From Thermodesulfobacteriota bacterium (GTDB taxonomy: Bacteria > Desulfobacterota > Desulfarculia > JACQYL01): a stretch of 64,000 nt of DNA. The notes under the pieces are model-generated. The model did not search any database. It had not been told where the DNA came from and saw only the letters and a program-made list of their open reading frames with translations. Positions within the stretch are counted from its first letter, which is position 1. Every line of letters starts with the position of its first letter. The stretch lies in the NCBI GenBank assembly GCA_963675595.2, contig CAXXLZ010000002.1:3456001-3520000 (forward strand), read 5' to 3'. Both the position numbers and the translations under genes were made by a program. Below are positions 48,509 to 59,825 of the stretch, one piece after another.

Positions 48509-48955
48509 ATGGCGTTGCGGTTAATACATCGTACTCTGACTTTTCAGGGGACCTCGGACACGGATGTTATCGACATCACGGATCGCGTTCGGGATATCTT
48601 GGAAGAGTCGGGAGTGGAGGAAGCTCGGGTCACCCTGTTCGTGCCCGGCTCTACAGCCGCGTTGACCACCATCGAGTACGAAAGCGGGGTGGTAAACGAC
48701 TTGGTGGCGGCGATTAATCGTCTTGCGCCCAAGGAGATCGACTATGCTCATGATCGGCGCTGGGGAGACGGGAACGGGTACTCCCACGTGAGGGCGGCGT
48801 TGTTGGGACCGTCCTTAACCATTCCCGTGCATTCCGGTAGACTCACCTTGGGAACCTGGCAGCAAGTTGTTCTTCTCGATTTCGATAATCGTCCCCGCCA
48901 GAGAAAAGTCATCCTTCAAATAATGGGAGAAGCTGCGGACCTATCCGACGGTTAA
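48509..48955 (+). CDS. yjbQ: YjbQ/UPF0047 family protein
   Basis: DITD, GSTAAL, GNGYSHVRAALLG and LGTWQQVVLLDFD. Confidence 0.92.
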   Translation: MALRLIHRTLTFQGTSDTDVIDITDRVRDILEESGVEEARVTLFVPGSTAALTTIEYESGVVNDLVAAINRLAPKEIDYAHDRRWGDGNGYSHVRAALLGPSLTIPVHSGRLTLGTWQQVVLLDFDNRPRQRKVILQIMGEAADLSDG

Positions 48956-49062
48956 GGTCGGGTGGACGATTTCGCCGTTTTTCTGAATTTTCGTTCTGCC
49001 CAAGGAGAGATTGACGGTTCCCCCGGAGATCCCGAAGGCACGAGAGGACATAGAGGTATCGG

Positions 49063-50100
49063 TTGACATCGGGCAAGGAAACAAATCAAAAATCGCAAAC
49101 GACACGGCTGATGCTGGAAAGCAATGCCGGAGCTCGAACTCTGTATGGAGAATACAACGGCAATCTCAAATTGATTCAACGCAGACTCGGAGTGGACATC
49201 CGGGCTAGAGGGAACGAGTTGGTGGTTTCCGGAGAGCCCGCGCAGGTTTCCATGGCGAGGAAGGTATTGCTTGAATTATACCAATTGGTTGAAGATGGTT
49301 ATTCTTTGTATCCAAAAGACGTGGAAATGGCCGTGAGGGCGGTTGACGGCGAAGGCGGCGCTCCCCTGAAGGAGATTTTCGAGGAGCGGATTTCGGTTCC
49401 TTCCAAGAAATGCGTGGTGGTGCCGAAAAGCCTGAATCAGAAAAGATATGTTGAAGCCATCAGGAAGCACGACCTGGTTTTCGGCATCGGTCCGGCGGGA
49501 ACGGGTAAGACGTACCTGGCCATGGCCATGGCCGTGTCCGCACTCGCCAAAAGCGAAGTCAGCCGAATTGTGCTGGCCAGGCCGGCGGTGGAGGCCGGCG
49601 AGAAACTGGGCTTTCTTCCGGGGGATCTTTATGAGAAAGTGGATCCCTATCTTCGACCTTTGTATGATGCGCTTCACGATATGATGGACTACGAATACGC
49701 TTCAAGGTCCATCCACAAAGGGACCATCGAAGTGGCGCCTCTGGCGTATATGAGAGGACGCACGCTGAACGATTCTTTCATCGTCCTGGACGAGGCTCAG
49801 AACAGTACCACGGAGCAGATGAAAATGTTTTTGACCCGGCTGGGATTCGGTTCCAAGGCCGTGGTGACCGGAGACATCACTCAGATCGACCTTCCATCGG
49901 GAACAACTTCCGGTTTGGTGGAGGCGAAGAACATTCTAGGAGGCATTCGAGGCATTCAGTTCGTCTTTTTCAGTCGGGAAGATGTGGTCCGGCATCGGAT
50001 CGTCCAAGACATAATCGACGCCTACGAGAAGATGAATCAAGGGCGCGCGCAAGCGAGAAGACATGGAGAAGCTGAAGAAGCCCCCGAAACCGAAAATTAG
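49063..50100 (+). CDS. phoH: PhoH-like ATPase (YbeZ)
   Basis: [34 protein letters not shown] and DVVRH. Confidence 0.96.
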   Translation: MTSGKETNQKSQTTRLMLESNAGARTLYGEYNGNLKLIQRRLGVDIRARGNELVVSGEPAQVSMARKVLLELYQLVEDGYSLYPKDVEMAVRAVDGEGGAPLKEIFEERISVPSKKCVVVPKSLNQKRYVEAIRKHDLVFGIGPAGTGKTYLAMAMAVSALAKSEVSRIVLARPAVEAGEKLGFLPGDLYEKVDPYLRPLYDALHDMMDYEYASRSIHKGTIEVAPLAYMRGRTLNDSFIVLDEAQNSTTEQMKMFLTRLGFGSKAVVTGDITQIDLPSGTTSGLVEAKNILGGIRGIQFVFFSREDVVRHRIVQDIIDAYEKMNQGRAQARRHGEAEEAPETEN

Positions 50101-52465
50101 GAACAAACGCCTCCTATCCCTTCAGGATTTGCTGGTGCGCTCCTCGGTCCCCAAGTGGGTCCTTCTCGCGCTGCTCGCCCCGGTAATCGCCTTTCTCTTG
50201 TCCAGCAAGTCATTGACGGGACTGAAAGCTTACCAAGTGGGCGATGTTGCCGAGAGCAGCGTGAAAGCCGACCTCACCTATCTGGTCAAAGATTCGGAAT
50301 CCACGGACGAAAGGCGACGCCAAGCGGAAGAGTCCGTTCCCGCGGTATATGACTACGATCCCACGATGGACAAGAAGATCAGCGCCAGACTTCACAGCGC
50401 TTTCGCGGATATGCGTAAGCTGTTTTTCGAGAGTTCGGCCTCGGACCCCGAAGAGGGGCAAACCAACACCGAAGAAATCATGCGAACGGGTTTGGATAAC
50501 TGGAATCAGGCTTTTCGCATGGACCTGGATGGGGAGTCGTTCCGGATCTTGGTTCGAGCCAATTTTTCCGAAGATGTGGAGAACCTGATCCTGTTCCTTA
50601 TACAGCCGGTGCTCCGGCAAGGCGTTTTGGCGACCAAGGAAGTACGATACGCGGATCCTGAACGGGGTATTTTGGTAAGGAATATCGAAACGCTGGAAGA
50701 AGAACTGGTTACGGATATCGATCGCTTCTTGTCCCTGCGTGAAGCGAGGCAGGCCATCGAACGTCGCGCCTCCGATTTCCTCCGTCAGTACAAATACCCG
50801 TCCCTGATGCTGTCCGTAAGAATCGCCCAGGAGCTGGCGGTTCCAAATCTTACGCTGAACAAGGTGGAGTGGGAGCGGCGAAGGAAGGCGGCGGGACAAG
50901 TCATCAAGCCGGTGTATTATCAGGTAAAAAAAGGAGAGATGATCGTCAGGGAGGGGGACAAAATCACCCAGCAAAAACTGGATGAACTGGCGACCCTTTC
51001 CGAGTTGCGGAACGAGAGCAGGATCTGGATTCGTTTCGTGGGCCTGGCGCTGCTGCTGGGAGTGCTGTTCTACGTTGCGGTGGAGAGCATGGGTCAGATG
51101 AAGCCCAAGATACGCTTCAACAACAGGGACCTTCTGTTCCTGGCTCTGATTCTACTCCTCGGCTTTGTGATCGCGTTACCGGCGGGACAATTGGGAAATT
51201 TCGATTTCAACGTGGAGTTCTTCATGTTTCCGCTTTCTTCCACGTTGTACGGAACTCCCCTTTCCATGGGCGCGATGATGGTCAGCATCTTTTTCGGGGT
51301 GTCCGCGGCGCTCGTTTTTGCTCTGGTCATGGCTTGTGTGGGCGCCCTGGTGATCCAGAACAGCATCTTCTTCTTCATCTATTTCCTGGTGGGTGGGTTC
51401 GTGGCCGCCATATCCGTCCAGGACTGCCGTGAACGCGGGGTCTTGCTCAAAGCGGGGCTCCTGGTCGGACTGTGCAACATCTTCGTTGTCGTGGCCATCA
51501 ACATGAGTCTGGACCGACTGCTCACCGAAGCCGCGTTGTACGATGCCATGTTTGCTTTGCTCGGCGGCGTGATCGCGGGGATCTTCGTCACCGGGTTGAT
51601 TCCTCTGGGCGAAATGGCGTTCGGCTACACCACCAACATCAAGCTGCTGGAATTGGCAAATCTGGATTCCCCCTTGCTCAAGCAGCTCATGATCGTGGCT
51701 CCCGGTACCTACCACCACAGCCTTATCGCAGGAACCATGGTCGAAGCCGCGGCCAAAGCCATAGGCGCCAACTCACTTCTGTGCAAAGTGGCTGCTTATT
51801 ATCATGATCTGGGAAAGATCAAGAAGCCCGATTATTTCATTGAAAACCAAACGGGACGGAACCGGCACGAAAAATTGGCCCCCTCCATGAGCAGCCTGAT
51901 TTTGATTTCGCACGTGAAGGAAGGGGTGGAATTGGCGCGAACTCATCGGCTGGGCGGAGCCATCATCGACATTATCCAGCAGCACCACGGTACGTCTCTG
52001 ATCTCCTACTTCTATAACAAAGCCAAGGAGATGAGAGGTCAGGATGCGGCCGCTCTGGAAGAGGACGACTTCCGATATCCCGGACCCAGGCCTCAGACCA
52101 AGGAGGCCGGCCTGGTATTGCTCGCGGACATGGTGGAAGCCGCCTCTCACACTTTGCAGAACCCCACGCCCGCCAGGGTGCAGGGCATGGTTCAGAAGAT
52201 CATCAACAAAGCCTTTTCCGACGGTCAACTCGACCAATGCGAGTTGACCCTCAAAGATTTGCACGAGGTGGCCAAGAGCTTCAAACAGATACTCAACGGC
52301 ATTTTTCATCAGAGAATCGAATACCCGGAATCGGCGGAAAAGGGAGCTCCCCCTGCGAGAAGCAAAGAAAACGGTGCGCTTAGACAACCGGCAGCGGCGA
52401 CAAAAAGTCAACGTATCGAGCCTCAAGAGCAGGATCAGGACAATCTTAAGCGCCTTGGCATCTGA
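50063..52465 (+). CDS. 7TM-HD phosphohydrolase (PgpH-like)
   Basis: 7TMR-HDED extracytoplasmic domain, about 7 TM segments, [25 protein letters not shown] and [10 protein letters not shown]. Confidence 0.92.
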   Translation: MEKLKKPPKPKIRNKRLLSLQDLLVRSSVPKWVLLALLAPVIAFLLSSKSLTGLKAYQVGDVAESSVKADLTYLVKDSESTDERRRQAEESVPAVYDYDPTMDKKISARLHSAFADMRKLFFESSASDPEEGQTNTEEIMRTGLDNWNQAFRMDLDGESFRILVRANFSEDVENLILFLIQPVLRQGVLATKEVRYADPERGILVRNIETLEEELVTDIDRFLSLREARQAIERRASDFLRQYKYPSLMLSVRIAQELAVPNLTLNKVEWERRRKAAGQVIKPVYYQVKKGEMIVREGDKITQQKLDELATLSELRNESRIWIRFVGLALLLGVLFYVAVESMGQMKPKIRFNNRDLLFLALILLLGFVIALPAGQLGNFDFNVEFFMFPLSSTLYGTPLSMGAMMVSIFFGVSAALVFALVMACVGALVIQNSIFFFIYFLVGGFVAAISVQDCRERGVLLKAGLLVGLCNIFVVVAINMSLDRLLTEAALYDAMFALLGGVIAGIFVTGLIPLGEMAFGYTTNIKLLELANLDSPLLKQLMIVAPGTYHHSLIAGTMVEAAAKAIGANSLLCKVAAYYHDLGKIKKPDYFIENQTGRNRHEKLAPSMSSLILISHVKEGVELARTHRLGGAIIDIIQQHHGTSLISYFYNKAKEMRGQDAAALEEDDFRYPGPRPQTKEAGLVLLADMVEAASHTLQNPTPARVQGMVQKIINKAFSDGQLDQCELTLKDLHEVAKSFKQILNGIFHQRIEYPESAEKGAPPARSKENGALRQPAAATKSQRIEPQEQDQDNLKRLGI

Positions 52466-52811
52466 GCCGTTGGAGCTCAGCGTGGTTCTGCTGGATGATC
52501 CGGCCATTGCCGAGTTGAATGAGACCTACCTTGGGCGTAAGGGCCCTACGAACGTGCTCGCATTCTCCATGCGGGAGGGTCCCTATAGCGATGTTCAGCC
52601 CGGCCTTTTGGGAGATGTGGTGATTTCCGTGGATACCGCCCGGCGAGAGGCGGAAGAAGCCGGCGTTTCTTTTGAAGAAAGGCTTGATTTCCTGTTGATT
52701 CACGGAATCCTTCATTTGTTCGGGTATGATCATGAAGGTGATGATGATCAGGCTCGACGAATGGAAGACAAGTCGGAAGAATTGGCGGCCGTCCTTCGCT
52801 CCCTCGGCTAG
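52374..52811 (+). CDS. ybeY: rRNA maturation endoribonuclease YbeY
   Basis: [21 protein letters not shown] and [11 protein letters not shown]. Confidence 0.95.
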   Translation: MRLDNRQRRQKVNVSSLKSRIRTILSALASEPLELSVVLLDDPAIAELNETYLGRKGPTNVLAFSMREGPYSDVQPGLLGDVVISVDTARREAEEAGVSFEERLDFLLIHGILHLFGYDHEGDDDQARRMEDKSEELAAVLRSLG

Positions 52812-52873
52812 TTGTTCGTAGCCCGGAAAGGAGCTATGGTGCCCCGAATTTCCAAGAAAAGGAGACCGAACAG

Positions 52874-53470
52874 GTGAGAATCGAGCGGGCGTTGATCAGC
52901 GTAACTGACAAGACGGGTGTGGTTGAATTCGGCAGGGAACTGGCGAACATGGACGTTGAGGTCCTGTCCACCGGGGGTACGGCCAAAGCCTTGAGAGACG
53001 GCGGTGTGAAGGTGAAAGAGGTGTCGGAGTTCACCGGTTTTCCCGAGATCCTCGGCGGCAGGGTGAAGACGCTGCATCCCAAAGTGCATGGAGGGATTCT
53101 CGCCGTTCGCGAAGACCCCGACCACCAACGGGAAGTGCGCAAAACCGGTATTGTTCCCATAGACTTGGTGGCGGTAAATCTTTACGCATTTGAAAAAACC
53201 GTGGCCGCTCCGAATTGTACTCTCGAGGAGGCGGTGGAAAACATCGACATCGGTGGGCCTACGCTGTTGCGCTCTTCCGCGAAAAATTTCCGATACGTTA
53301 CCGTTGTGGTGGAACCTGAGGACTATGCTTCGGTGATCGAGGAGATGAAAGGTTCGGGAGGGGAAACCACGTTGGACACTCGGTTTCGCTTGGCTCGCAA
53401 GGTATTTGATTTGACGCAGCGATACGATGCTGCCATTGCTCGCTATTTGGCGAGCGTAAAAGGGGTCTAG
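52874..53470 (+). CDS. Stand-alone IMP cyclohydrolase (PurH N-terminal MGS-like domain only)
   Basis: [27 protein letters not shown] and ENIDIGGP; ends after YDAAIARYL. Confidence 0.9.
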   Translation: MRIERALISVTDKTGVVEFGRELANMDVEVLSTGGTAKALRDGGVKVKEVSEFTGFPEILGGRVKTLHPKVHGGILAVREDPDHQREVRKTGIVPIDLVAVNLYAFEKTVAAPNCTLEEAVENIDIGGPTLLRSSAKNFRYVTVVVEPEDYASVIEEMKGSGGETTLDTRFRLARKVFDLTQRYDAAIARYLASVKGV

Positions 53471-53704
53471 TGCGCGACCGCATGAGGCCACGACACGGGG
53501 ATGTCGGAGCCGCGCGCCCGGCTCCCCGGAATGTTCGGAAATGATTGCTCCAACGTCGGCGAAACGGCCGGGGTAATCGAAACAAAGCTTCAGGGACGTC
53601 GGCATTCGTGTTAAGTCGTCCCGACGTGAAACGGAATTCCGCAACCAGACACTAAGCGTTGCGGCGGGACGATTCCGTCCGGCTGTGCGGAGAGGGGAAG
53701 AAAG

Positions 53705-54982
53705 ATGAGAATACTGGTGGTCGGCGGTGGTGGTCGTGAACACGCTCTAGTGTGGAAGCTCGGTCAGCATCCGGATATTGAAGTACTGGCATGCGCGCCG
53801 GGCAATGCCGGAATCAGCGGACTGGCTTGGTGTCTGGACATCGGAGCCTCCGAAATCGAGACGCTGGCTCAATACGCGGAAAAAACCAGCGTGGACCTCA
53901 CGGTGGTGGGACCTGAAGAACCTCTCACCATGGGGATCGTTGATTTGTTTCGTGAGAGGGGTTTGACTGTTTTCGGAGCGACGAAAGCCGCGGCGGAACT
54001 TGAGGGCAGCAAGGTCTTCGCAAAAAATCTGATGAAGAAATATGGGATTCCCACGGCGGATTTCGAGGTTTTCGATGACCGGAAGGCGGCGGAAAGCTTT
54101 GTGAAGAAGAAGGGAGCGCCCCTCGTTGTCAAAGCGGACGGCCTTGCGGCGGGCAAAGGGGTCATCGTCTGCGATACCGAAGCGGAAGCCCTTGAAGCCC
54201 TGGACAAGATCATGACTCGGAAAGCCTTTGGTGATGCCGGAAAACGGGTTGTGATCGAAGACAAGCTGGTGGGTGAGGAGGCCAGTTTCCTGGCGTTCAC
54301 CGATGGGGAGACCGTGGTGCCCATGCCTTCCTCACAGGATCACAAGCCGATCTTCGAAGGAGATCGGGGGCCCAACACGGGAGGAATGGGAGCGTACTCA
54401 CCGGCGCCCGTGGTTTCACCGGAATTGGAGGCCCGGATCATGGAAGAAGTCATGATTCCCACAGTGCGGGCCATGGCGCAGGAAGGCCGTCCTTATGAGG
54501 GCGTCCTGTATGCGGGATTGATGATCCGGGACGGACGGTTTCAGGTGCTCGAATTCAACGCTAGATTCGGTGATCCCGAAGCCCAGCCCCTGCTGATGCG
54601 GTTGGAAACCGATTTGGTGGACATTATGACGGCGGTGAACGATCATCGCTTGAAGGATTTGGATATTCAGTGGAATCCGTCCCCTTCGGTGTGCGTGGTC
54701 ATGGCTTCCGGAGGATATCCTGGAAAATACGATAAAGGAAAGGTGATTTCCGGCCTGGAAGGCGTGTCCCGCATGAAAGACGTCATGGTCTTTCACGCCG
54801 GCACGGAGTTCGACGAGTTCGGGCGGTATATGACCTCCGGCGGCAGAGTCCTTGGAGTGACCAGCCGTGGCGAAAGCGTTTCCGCGGCCCTTGATACTTG
54901 TTACCGTGCGGTGAATCAAATTTCCTGGGATGAATGTTACTTTCGGCGAGATATCGCCCAAAAGGCTCTAACCGACCGCTGA
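53705..54982 (+). CDS. purD: Phosphoribosylamine-glycine ligase
   Basis: GGGGREHAL, VGPE, KADGLAAGKGV, QDHK, GPNTGGMGAY and EFNARFGDPE. Confidence 0.98.
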   Translation: MRILVVGGGGREHALVWKLGQHPDIEVLACAPGNAGISGLAWCLDIGASEIETLAQYAEKTSVDLTVVGPEEPLTMGIVDLFRERGLTVFGATKAAAELEGSKVFAKNLMKKYGIPTADFEVFDDRKAAESFVKKKGAPLVVKADGLAAGKGVIVCDTEAEALEALDKIMTRKAFGDAGKRVVIEDKLVGEEASFLAFTDGETVVPMPSSQDHKPIFEGDRGPNTGGMGAYSPAPVVSPELEARIMEEVMIPTVRAMAQEGRPYEGVLYAGLMIRDGRFQVLEFNARFGDPEAQPLLMRLETDLVDIMTAVNDHRLKDLDIQWNPSPSVCVVMASGGYPGKYDKGKVISGLEGVSRMKDVMVFHAGTEFDEFGRYMTSGGRVLGVTSRGESVSAALDTCYRAVNQISWDECYFRRDIAQKALTDR

Positions 54983-54994
54983 GATGCGCGATGA

Positions 54995-55085
54995 GCTGCG
55001 TTGCGCTCCGTCCCTTGTCATGATGACGTACTTCATGTACGCTGTGTTCCTCGGGAATTCGCGCTTTGCACGTCGTCGTTTTTCA
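54995..55085. repeat. Possible degenerate REP/MITE-like intergenic element
   Basis: GCTGCGTTGCGCT...CGTAC-N5-GTACG...TTCCTC...TTGCA...TTTTT. From memory this resembles a dispersed palindromic repeat of Desulfobacterota; only one copy in the window. Confidence 0.4.
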
Positions 55086-55375
55086 TCGGTTGCTCCGGAG
55101 AGTCGTTAGACAGGTAGGGCAGGCTTCAATCTCCGGTTTTTATCCGTGTCGACGGTCGATCGCTCGAATCGTCTTCCCGTGGGTCCGGCAAGACGGGTGT
55201 GCAGACACCTTTGCATCGGAACTCCAGGCGGCCGGCTCCTTTGTCCGGGGACGGCGGCCGTGCCGGAATGTTGGCTGAGATGCCGGGGGGAGCTTTTTTG
55301 GGGCTCCCCCCGAAAAGTTACTGAAGACTCCGCAATTCGGGACCCGGCGTTCAGGGTAATAAGAGAGATATTTTC

Positions 55376-55864
55376 ATGGAATCAAAAGAATCCCCGCGTG
55401 TGGGTATCATCATGGGGAGCGCCTCGGATCGGCAAGTCATGGCGAAAGCCGAGGCTTTTCTGAATGAGTTGGGCATCGCCAATGAGTTTTTGACGGCATC
55501 CGCCCATCGGACACCGGAGCGTGTCAAAGATTATGCACAAACCGCAAGGCACCGAGGCATTCAGGTAATCATCGCGGGAGCGGGTTGGGCGGCGCATTTG
55601 GCGGGAGTCATCGCCGCTTGGACCGATTTGCCCGTAGTCGCCGTGCCCATCGGCAGTTCGGTCTTCAACGGATTGGACTCGCTTCTGTCGTCGGTCATGA
55701 TGCCTTCAGGTATTCCCGTGGCGGTCATGGCCGTGGACGGTGCGAAAAACGCGGCGATCTTCGCCGCTCAAATACTGAGTCTCCACGATCCGATAATCCT
55801 GGAAAGACTGGTGGAATTCCGCAGACGTCAGTCTCAGGAGGCTTCGGTGCAGGTTCCAAGTTGA
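55376..55864 (+). CDS. purE: N5-CAIR mutase / AIR carboxylase
   Basis: IMGSASD, SAHRTP, IAGAG.AAHL and MPSGIPVA. Confidence 0.96.
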   Translation: MESKESPRVGIIMGSASDRQVMAKAEAFLNELGIANEFLTASAHRTPERVKDYAQTARHRGIQVIIAGAGWAAHLAGVIAAWTDLPVVAVPIGSSVFNGLDSLLSSVMMPSGIPVAVMAVDGAKNAAIFAAQILSLHDPIILERLVEFRRRQSQEASVQVPS

Positions 55865-56526
55865 TACGTTTCCGGGTAGATCCGCAACAACCGGATCCCG
55901 AAGCGCTTTCCACCGCCGTGGAGGTGCTCGGGCAAGGCGGGATTGTGGCCTATCCCACGGAAAGCGTTTACGGTCTCGGCGCATGCGGCACCAATGAGTC
56001 GGCCTGCCGACGGATTTTCGAGGCCAAGGGCCGGGACTCCGGGAAACCTCTTCCTCTTCTCATTCCCGATCCGACTTGGCTTTCCGCATGGTGTGAGACG
56101 AATCCCACGGCTCTGAAGATCGCCCGGGTTTATTGGCCCGGTGGACTCACCATGGTGTTGAAGGCTAAGGCTCACGTTCCGAGGCATGTGCTTTCCGACC
56201 AGGGGAAGGTCGGTCTTCGAGTTCCGAGTCATCCCACGGCCGCAGCCTTGGTCCGCCTTCTGAACGCTCCGCTCACCGCAACAAGCGCCAATCGTTCCGG
56301 GCAACCAGGGATTGAAGATGGAGAACAAGTGTTTCGGGAATTGGGGGAAAGGGTGGATTTGTTGTTGGACGGCGGGGTGACGTCCGGCCGGACTCCCTCC
56401 ACCGTATTGGACGTGTCCGAGAACCTCCCTCGAGTGTTGCGCGCGGGTCCGCTTGCTTTGGAAGACTTGATGTCCGTGCTCGAACACGAGGATGCCCGTC
56501 GCGAGGAAGCGCCATGTCTTCCTTGA
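55861..56526 (+). CDS. tsaC: L-threonylcarbamoyladenylate synthase (YrdC/TsaC)
   Basis: YPTESVYGL, KGR..KPL, WPGGLT and TSANRSG; TTG start overlaps the purE stop. Confidence 0.92.
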   Translation: MIRFRVDPQQPDPEALSTAVEVLGQGGIVAYPTESVYGLGACGTNESACRRIFEAKGRDSGKPLPLLIPDPTWLSAWCETNPTALKIARVYWPGGLTMVLKAKAHVPRHVLSDQGKVGLRVPSHPTAAALVRLLNAPLTATSANRSGQPGIEDGEQVFRELGERVDLLLDGGVTSGRTPSTVLDVSENLPRVLRAGPLALEDLMSVLEHEDARREEAPCLP

Positions 56527-57266
56527 AGCCCAATTCTCGAGGTGTTGTTCCCGGCGGCGACAAAAAGAACTTCGTCCATTCCAAATTTCAGGGAATTTCG
56601 GGAAACTATGATCTCACCAATACGGTCTTGAGCGGGGGAGTGGACCGATGGTGGCGCCTTAAAACGGTTCGGAAGTTTCGGTGGGATCAACCGGGGTTGA
56701 TTCTGGACCTGTGCGCCGGAACGCTCCCCTTGAGCTTCGCTCTAACAAGGCGTTCGAGACATCGGGTGGTGGCTCTTGATCTGTCCATGAACATGCTCAG
56801 GCAAGGTCGGCGAGGAATTGGAGATTCGGAAGGGACCGGGATTCGGGGATTGGTTTGTGGGGAAGGGGAGCGGCTGCCCTTTGCCGACCAATGCTTCGAC
56901 GGGGTCATGGTGGGGTTCGGAGTTCGCAATCTGGCCGACCTTGAGTCGGGGCTCGCCGAGGTTTTCCGGGTGCTCAAACCGGGCGGAAGGTTCGTGATCC
57001 TCGAATTCTCCAGGCCCGGGGTTCCGATCTTCGGCCGAATCTATCTTTCCTATCTGCGCCGCTTGCTGCCCCGCATCGCGGACCGGATTACCGGCGATCG
57101 GGAGGCCTATGAGTATCTCGCCAGGTCCATCGAGGAGTTTCACGATCGCGAGCAGGTGGTCGAGCTGTTGCGGAAAGAGGGGTTTGGGCGAGTTCGTTTC
57201 GAGGCGGTGACACTGGGTGTGGTGACTTTGTACGTTGCGGAAAAATCCCGCGTTGTCGGGAACTAG
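56514..57266 (+). CDS. menG: UbiE/MenG-family quinone methyltransferase
   Basis: YDLTN..SGGVDRWWR, LDLCAGT, FGVRN, LKPGG..LEFS and AYEYL..SI. Confidence 0.88.
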   Translation: MSSLKPNSRGVVPGGDKKNFVHSKFQGISGNYDLTNTVLSGGVDRWWRLKTVRKFRWDQPGLILDLCAGTLPLSFALTRRSRHRVVALDLSMNMLRQGRRGIGDSEGTGIRGLVCGEGERLPFADQCFDGVMVGFGVRNLADLESGLAEVFRVLKPGGRFVILEFSRPGVPIFGRIYLSYLRRLLPRIADRITGDREAYEYLARSIEEFHDREQVVELLRKEGFGRVRFEAVTLGVVTLYVAEKSRVVGN

Positions 57267-57315
57267 CAAAACACGGCTCTTTCGAAGCCGGTGACGGAAA
57301 ACGGGTGGTGGGGTC

Positions 57316-58773
57316 ATGCCGTACAGGGATTTGAGAGAGTTTGTGTCGGCTTTGGAAGAGGAAGGAGAGCTCCTTCGCATTCGGGAGCCGGTCAGCCCGG
57401 TACTCGAAATCGCCGAGATCACGGACCGAGTCTCCAAACAAGGCGGACCCGCCCTGCTGTTCGAGAATGTGGTGGGCTCCGAATTTCCCGTACTGATCAA
57501 CGCCTTGGGGTCGTTCAAACGAATGTGCCTGGCCCTGGAGCGGGACAGCCTGGACGAACTGGCCGCGGAACTCGAAACCTTCATGGACATGCAGAAGCCC
57601 GAGTCCCTGCTGGACAAACTCAAGATGCTTCCCAAACTCAAGAGGGTCGGAGACGCGTTCCCCAAAACCGTTCAGAAGGCGCCCTGCCAGGAAGTGGTGC
57701 GCATGGATCCGGACCTGACCGAGTTGCCGGTGCTCAAGTGCTGGCCCAAGGACGGCGGACCATTCATTACTCTGCCCTTGGTATTCACCCGGCATCCCCA
57801 AACGCGCCAACCCAATATGGGTATGTATCGTCTGCAGGTCTACGACGGGAATACGACGGGCATGCACTGGCATACCCACAAGGGAGGCGCCCAGCATTAC
57901 CGAACGGCGGAAGCCATGGGACGGCCTCTGCCCGTGGCCGTGGCCGTGGGTACCGAACCGGTGACCACTTATGTGGCCACTGCGCCTTTACCCGACGATA
58001 TGGACGAGTTGCTTCTCGCCGGAGTGATCCGAAGAAAATTCGTGGAAACGGTTCGCTGCAAAACGGTGGATCTGACCGTGCCGGCTCATGCCGAGTTCGT
58101 GCTGGAAGGCTACGTGGAACCCGGAGAACGCAGGCTGGAAGGACCCTTCGGAGATCACACCGGGTTCTACTCCCTGGCGGATATGTATCCCGTTTTTCAT
58201 GTTACCTGTATGACGCGCAAGAAGAATCCCATTTATTCGACCACCATTGTGGGGCGGCCTCCCATGGAAGACTGTTACATGGCCAAGACCACCGAAAGGA
58301 TCTTCCTGCCGATCTTGAAGAAGACCCTTCCGGAAGTCGTGGACATCAATCTCCCCATGGAAGGCGTTTTTCACAACTTGGTGTTCGTGGCCATCGACAA
58401 GCGATATCCCGGTCACGCTCAGAAGATCATGCACGCTTTTTGGGGATTGGGGCAGATGATGTTCGCCAAGATCATCGTGGTGTTCGACCGATGGGTGGAC
58501 GTACAGAATCTTTCGCAAGCCCTGTGGGTCATGTGCAACAATGTGGATCCCGGAAGCGATGTGTGCTTTGTCAAGGGACCTTTGGACGCGCTGGATCATT
58601 CGTCCCCTTTGCCTCACCTGGGCGGCAAAATGGGCTTGGACGCAACGCGCAAGTGGCCTGAAGAGGGGCACTCCAGGGCTTGGCCCGACGCCATCGAAAT
58701 GGATGAAGCCACCAAGACCAGGGTGGATGAAATATGGGAACGACTGGGAATTGCGGGCGGAAACTCATCCTGA
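57316..58773 (+). CDS. ubiD: UbiD-family menaquinone biosynthesis decarboxylase (MqnL-like)
   Basis: GPALLFE, NMGMYRLQ, EGPFGDHTGFY, GRPPMED and KMGLDAT. Confidence 0.92.
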   Translation: MPYRDLREFVSALEEEGELLRIREPVSPVLEIAEITDRVSKQGGPALLFENVVGSEFPVLINALGSFKRMCLALERDSLDELAAELETFMDMQKPESLLDKLKMLPKLKRVGDAFPKTVQKAPCQEVVRMDPDLTELPVLKCWPKDGGPFITLPLVFTRHPQTRQPNMGMYRLQVYDGNTTGMHWHTHKGGAQHYRTAEAMGRPLPVAVAVGTEPVTTYVATAPLPDDMDELLLAGVIRRKFVETVRCKTVDLTVPAHAEFVLEGYVEPGERRLEGPFGDHTGFYSLADMYPVFHVTCMTRKKNPIYSTTIVGRPPMEDCYMAKTTERIFLPILKKTLPEVVDINLPMEGVFHNLVFVAIDKRYPGHAQKIMHAFWGLGQMMFAKIIVVFDRWVDVQNLSQALWVMCNNVDPGSDVCFVKGPLDALDHSSPLPHLGGKMGLDATRKWPEEGHSRAWPDAIEMDEATKTRVDEIWERLGIAGGNSS

Positions 58774-58810
58774 TGCGGACGACATCCATTGAGGGAGTGA
58801 GGGTCGGTTC

Positions 58811-59662
58811 ATGAAGCGAAGGATCGCCGTGATCCTTGAGATGATCAAGTTTGAACACACCCTGTTCGCCCTTCCCCTGGCTTTTGCCGGCGCACTGGCG
58901 GCTCGTGAAACGTTCCCCGATCTGAAAACCTGGTTCCTGGTGCTTTTGGCCATGGTGGGGGCCCGCAGCGCGGCCATGGCCTTCAATCGATTGGTGGACG
59001 CAAGGTTCGACGCTCGCAATCCCAGGACAAAAGACAGGGCCATTCCCCTCGGACTCGTTTCCTCTCGAAGCGTTCTCGTGTTCATCGCGGTTTCCTGCGT
59101 GCTTTTCTTCTCAGCGGCGGCGCTGCTCAATCCGTTGTGCCTCTTGCTCTCCCCTTTGGCTTTGTGCCTGATCCTTGCCTATTCGTTCACCAAACGATTT
59201 ACCGCGTTGTGCCACCTTTTCTTGGGGCTCTGCCTGAGCGTTGCTCCGGTGGGGGGCTGGTTGGCGGTTACGGGCGAATGGACTCCCGCGGCCCTCAGCT
59301 TGGCGCCGGGCGTGATGTTGTGGGTGGCGGGCTTCGATGTGCTTTATGCCTGTTTGGACATGGAGTTTGACCGGGCCGCGGGATTGCATTCCATTCCCGC
59401 ATTTCTCGGAAGAGAGAAAGGACTCTTCCTGGCGAGGCTGCTGCATGGGTCGGCGTGGGCATGTTTTGTGGCGGCCGGTCGATTTCTGAATATGGGCCTG
59501 CCCTACTACTTAGGAGTGGCGGCGGTGGGTGGGCTGCTCATCTATGAACACTCCCTGGTTCGCCCCAAGGATCTCCGCAGGCTGGACAAAGCATTCTTCA
59601 CGGTGAACAGCTGGGTGAGCGTGACCCTGTTTCTTGGAGTGCTGGCCGATCGTTTGTTCTAA
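58811..59662 (+). CDS. ubiA: UbiA-family polyprenyltransferase (MqnP-like)
   Basis: MIKFEHTLFALP, NRLVDARFDARNPRT, YSFTKRF and GFDVLYA..D..FD. Confidence 0.92.
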   Translation: MKRRIAVILEMIKFEHTLFALPLAFAGALAARETFPDLKTWFLVLLAMVGARSAAMAFNRLVDARFDARNPRTKDRAIPLGLVSSRSVLVFIAVSCVLFFSAAALLNPLCLLLSPLALCLILAYSFTKRFTALCHLFLGLCLSVAPVGGWLAVTGEWTPAALSLAPGVMLWVAGFDVLYACLDMEFDRAAGLHSIPAFLGREKGLFLARLLHGSAWACFVAAGRFLNMGLPYYLGVAAVGGLLIYEHSLVRPKDLRRLDKAFFTVNSWVSVTLFLGVLADRLF

Positions 59663-59825
59663 CGTGAACAGGACGTTGTTATCCGCCTGGCCATTGGAAA
59701 AGGCCGTTTGCCATCGGCCCGGGAAAGGGGTGACACGCGAGGCGCTCGAATCCCGACGGATGAGATGCACCTTAGGAGATCGGGTTTTTCACCGGTTAAG
59801 GACGAGTTCCGAAGAGGGGTTCGGG

